The notes under the pieces: model-generated
Told to the model about the DNA's origin: nothing
What the model saw: only the letters and a program-made list of their open reading frames with translations
Databases searched by the model: none
DNA from: Bigelowiella natans CCMP2755
Taxonomy: Eukaryota; Protista; Cercozoa
DNA: 64,000 bases
NCBI GenBank assembly: GCA_000320545.1
Contig: ADNK01000150.1
Location: 1-64,000 of the forward strand
Reading direction: 5' to 3'
Shown: piece by piece, positions 63,260-64,000 of the stretch
Position numbering within the stretch: position 1 is the first letter of the stretch
Layout of the letters: every line of letters begins with the position of its first letter
Translations under genes and position numbers: made by a program

Positions 63260-64000
63260 TACACATGAAAATGCAATCGAGTGCTAACACGCCTACTTGC
63301 GAACACTCAATGATAACGCATGAACGTACGGGTGTGCGGTACTGCATGCCATTTCGGGCCAGCCATGTCTAGATGTGGCCGCATGGCACACACGCATAAA
63401 TTTGATCCAAACTGTTCAGGTGCTTGCTTGAGTGATCTAGTGATATAGCTACATCTATAGACATCTATCTGGACGTGCGTCCAGTTGCTAGAGTTGGCAA
63501 GCAGCACTAGAGCATGTGTGCATGTACTGTACCAGTTTAGTAGTCATTCGCATGATGTCCGTAATGATAGAAGGCTGTCATTGCTATGACATGCTCTTGT
63601 TATCGGCGGTAGCTTTGTCGCCTCACCCATGTTGCAATGATGCGCAACCACGCATTATTACACATGAATTACTTCCGCAAAACTTGTTGCAGCTTCCGCA
63701 CTTTGCGCGGCAATGACGATCTTGATGTAGTTTGTTGTCATCACGCACGAATGAAGCACAATGGCTGTCAGGATTGAACCAATGGCGTTCCATGCATCGG
63801 CGTCATCAGCTCACTTCTTTGCCATGGACTGCATGTGCTTCACGAAAGCTACCACAGCGTGCAACTCTGATAAATTCCAATGCAAAGTATCATAGACACT
63901 GTACTAACTATATAACTAGTGTACATAGATGTTGCCCTGGGCACGCTATCCAGAGCATTTCTTTTCGCTGTTATTCATATTCAGTTCATGTGTCTATCAA
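63260..64000. repeat. CpG-decayed intergenic tract containing a stop-interrupted coding-like relic
   Basis: TG/CA-rich. The minus strand reads ..AKK*ADDADAWNAIGSILTAIV.. with in-frame stops. Confidence 0.35.

Noticed and set aside
1-64000. CRISPR arrays, rRNA, telomeric repeats, intact transposase/RT, bacterial operons
   Set aside because: None seen. Repeats are microsatellites or short duplications, and all genes are spliceosomal-intron type.

Overview
Eukaryotic nuclear DNA, intron-rich and probably from a chlorarachniophyte-like alga with a secondary plastid. This is inferred from bipartite signal+transit N-termini and a POP-type organellar DNA polymerase. About 12 spliced genes were reconstructed by hand: an unknown plastid-targeted protein, a DUF1997 protein, a PTC7/PBCP-type PP2C, a tropinone-reductase-like SDR, an acylation-motif Ubl-domain protein, a POP DNA polymerase, a membrane-anchored DUF6687-like/formin fusion, an STE20-type pseudokinase, a UBA1-like E1 whose catalytic Cys is Asp, UVRAG/Vps38, a small hypothetical gene and a B-box MAPKK. 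There is also a tRNA-Arg(CCG). The window alternates between microsatellite-laden genes and compact microsatellite-free islands, separated by CTAG/CATG/TGCA-rich decayed spacers. Top leads are (1) the DUF6687-formin fusion, (2) the thioester-dead but apparently adenylation-competent E1 with a LOTUS-like insertion, next to a pseudokinase, and (3) the B-box MKK with four tandem docking-like motifs. Family assignments are from motif recognition only, with no searches run. Gene starts and some splice junctions are approximate.
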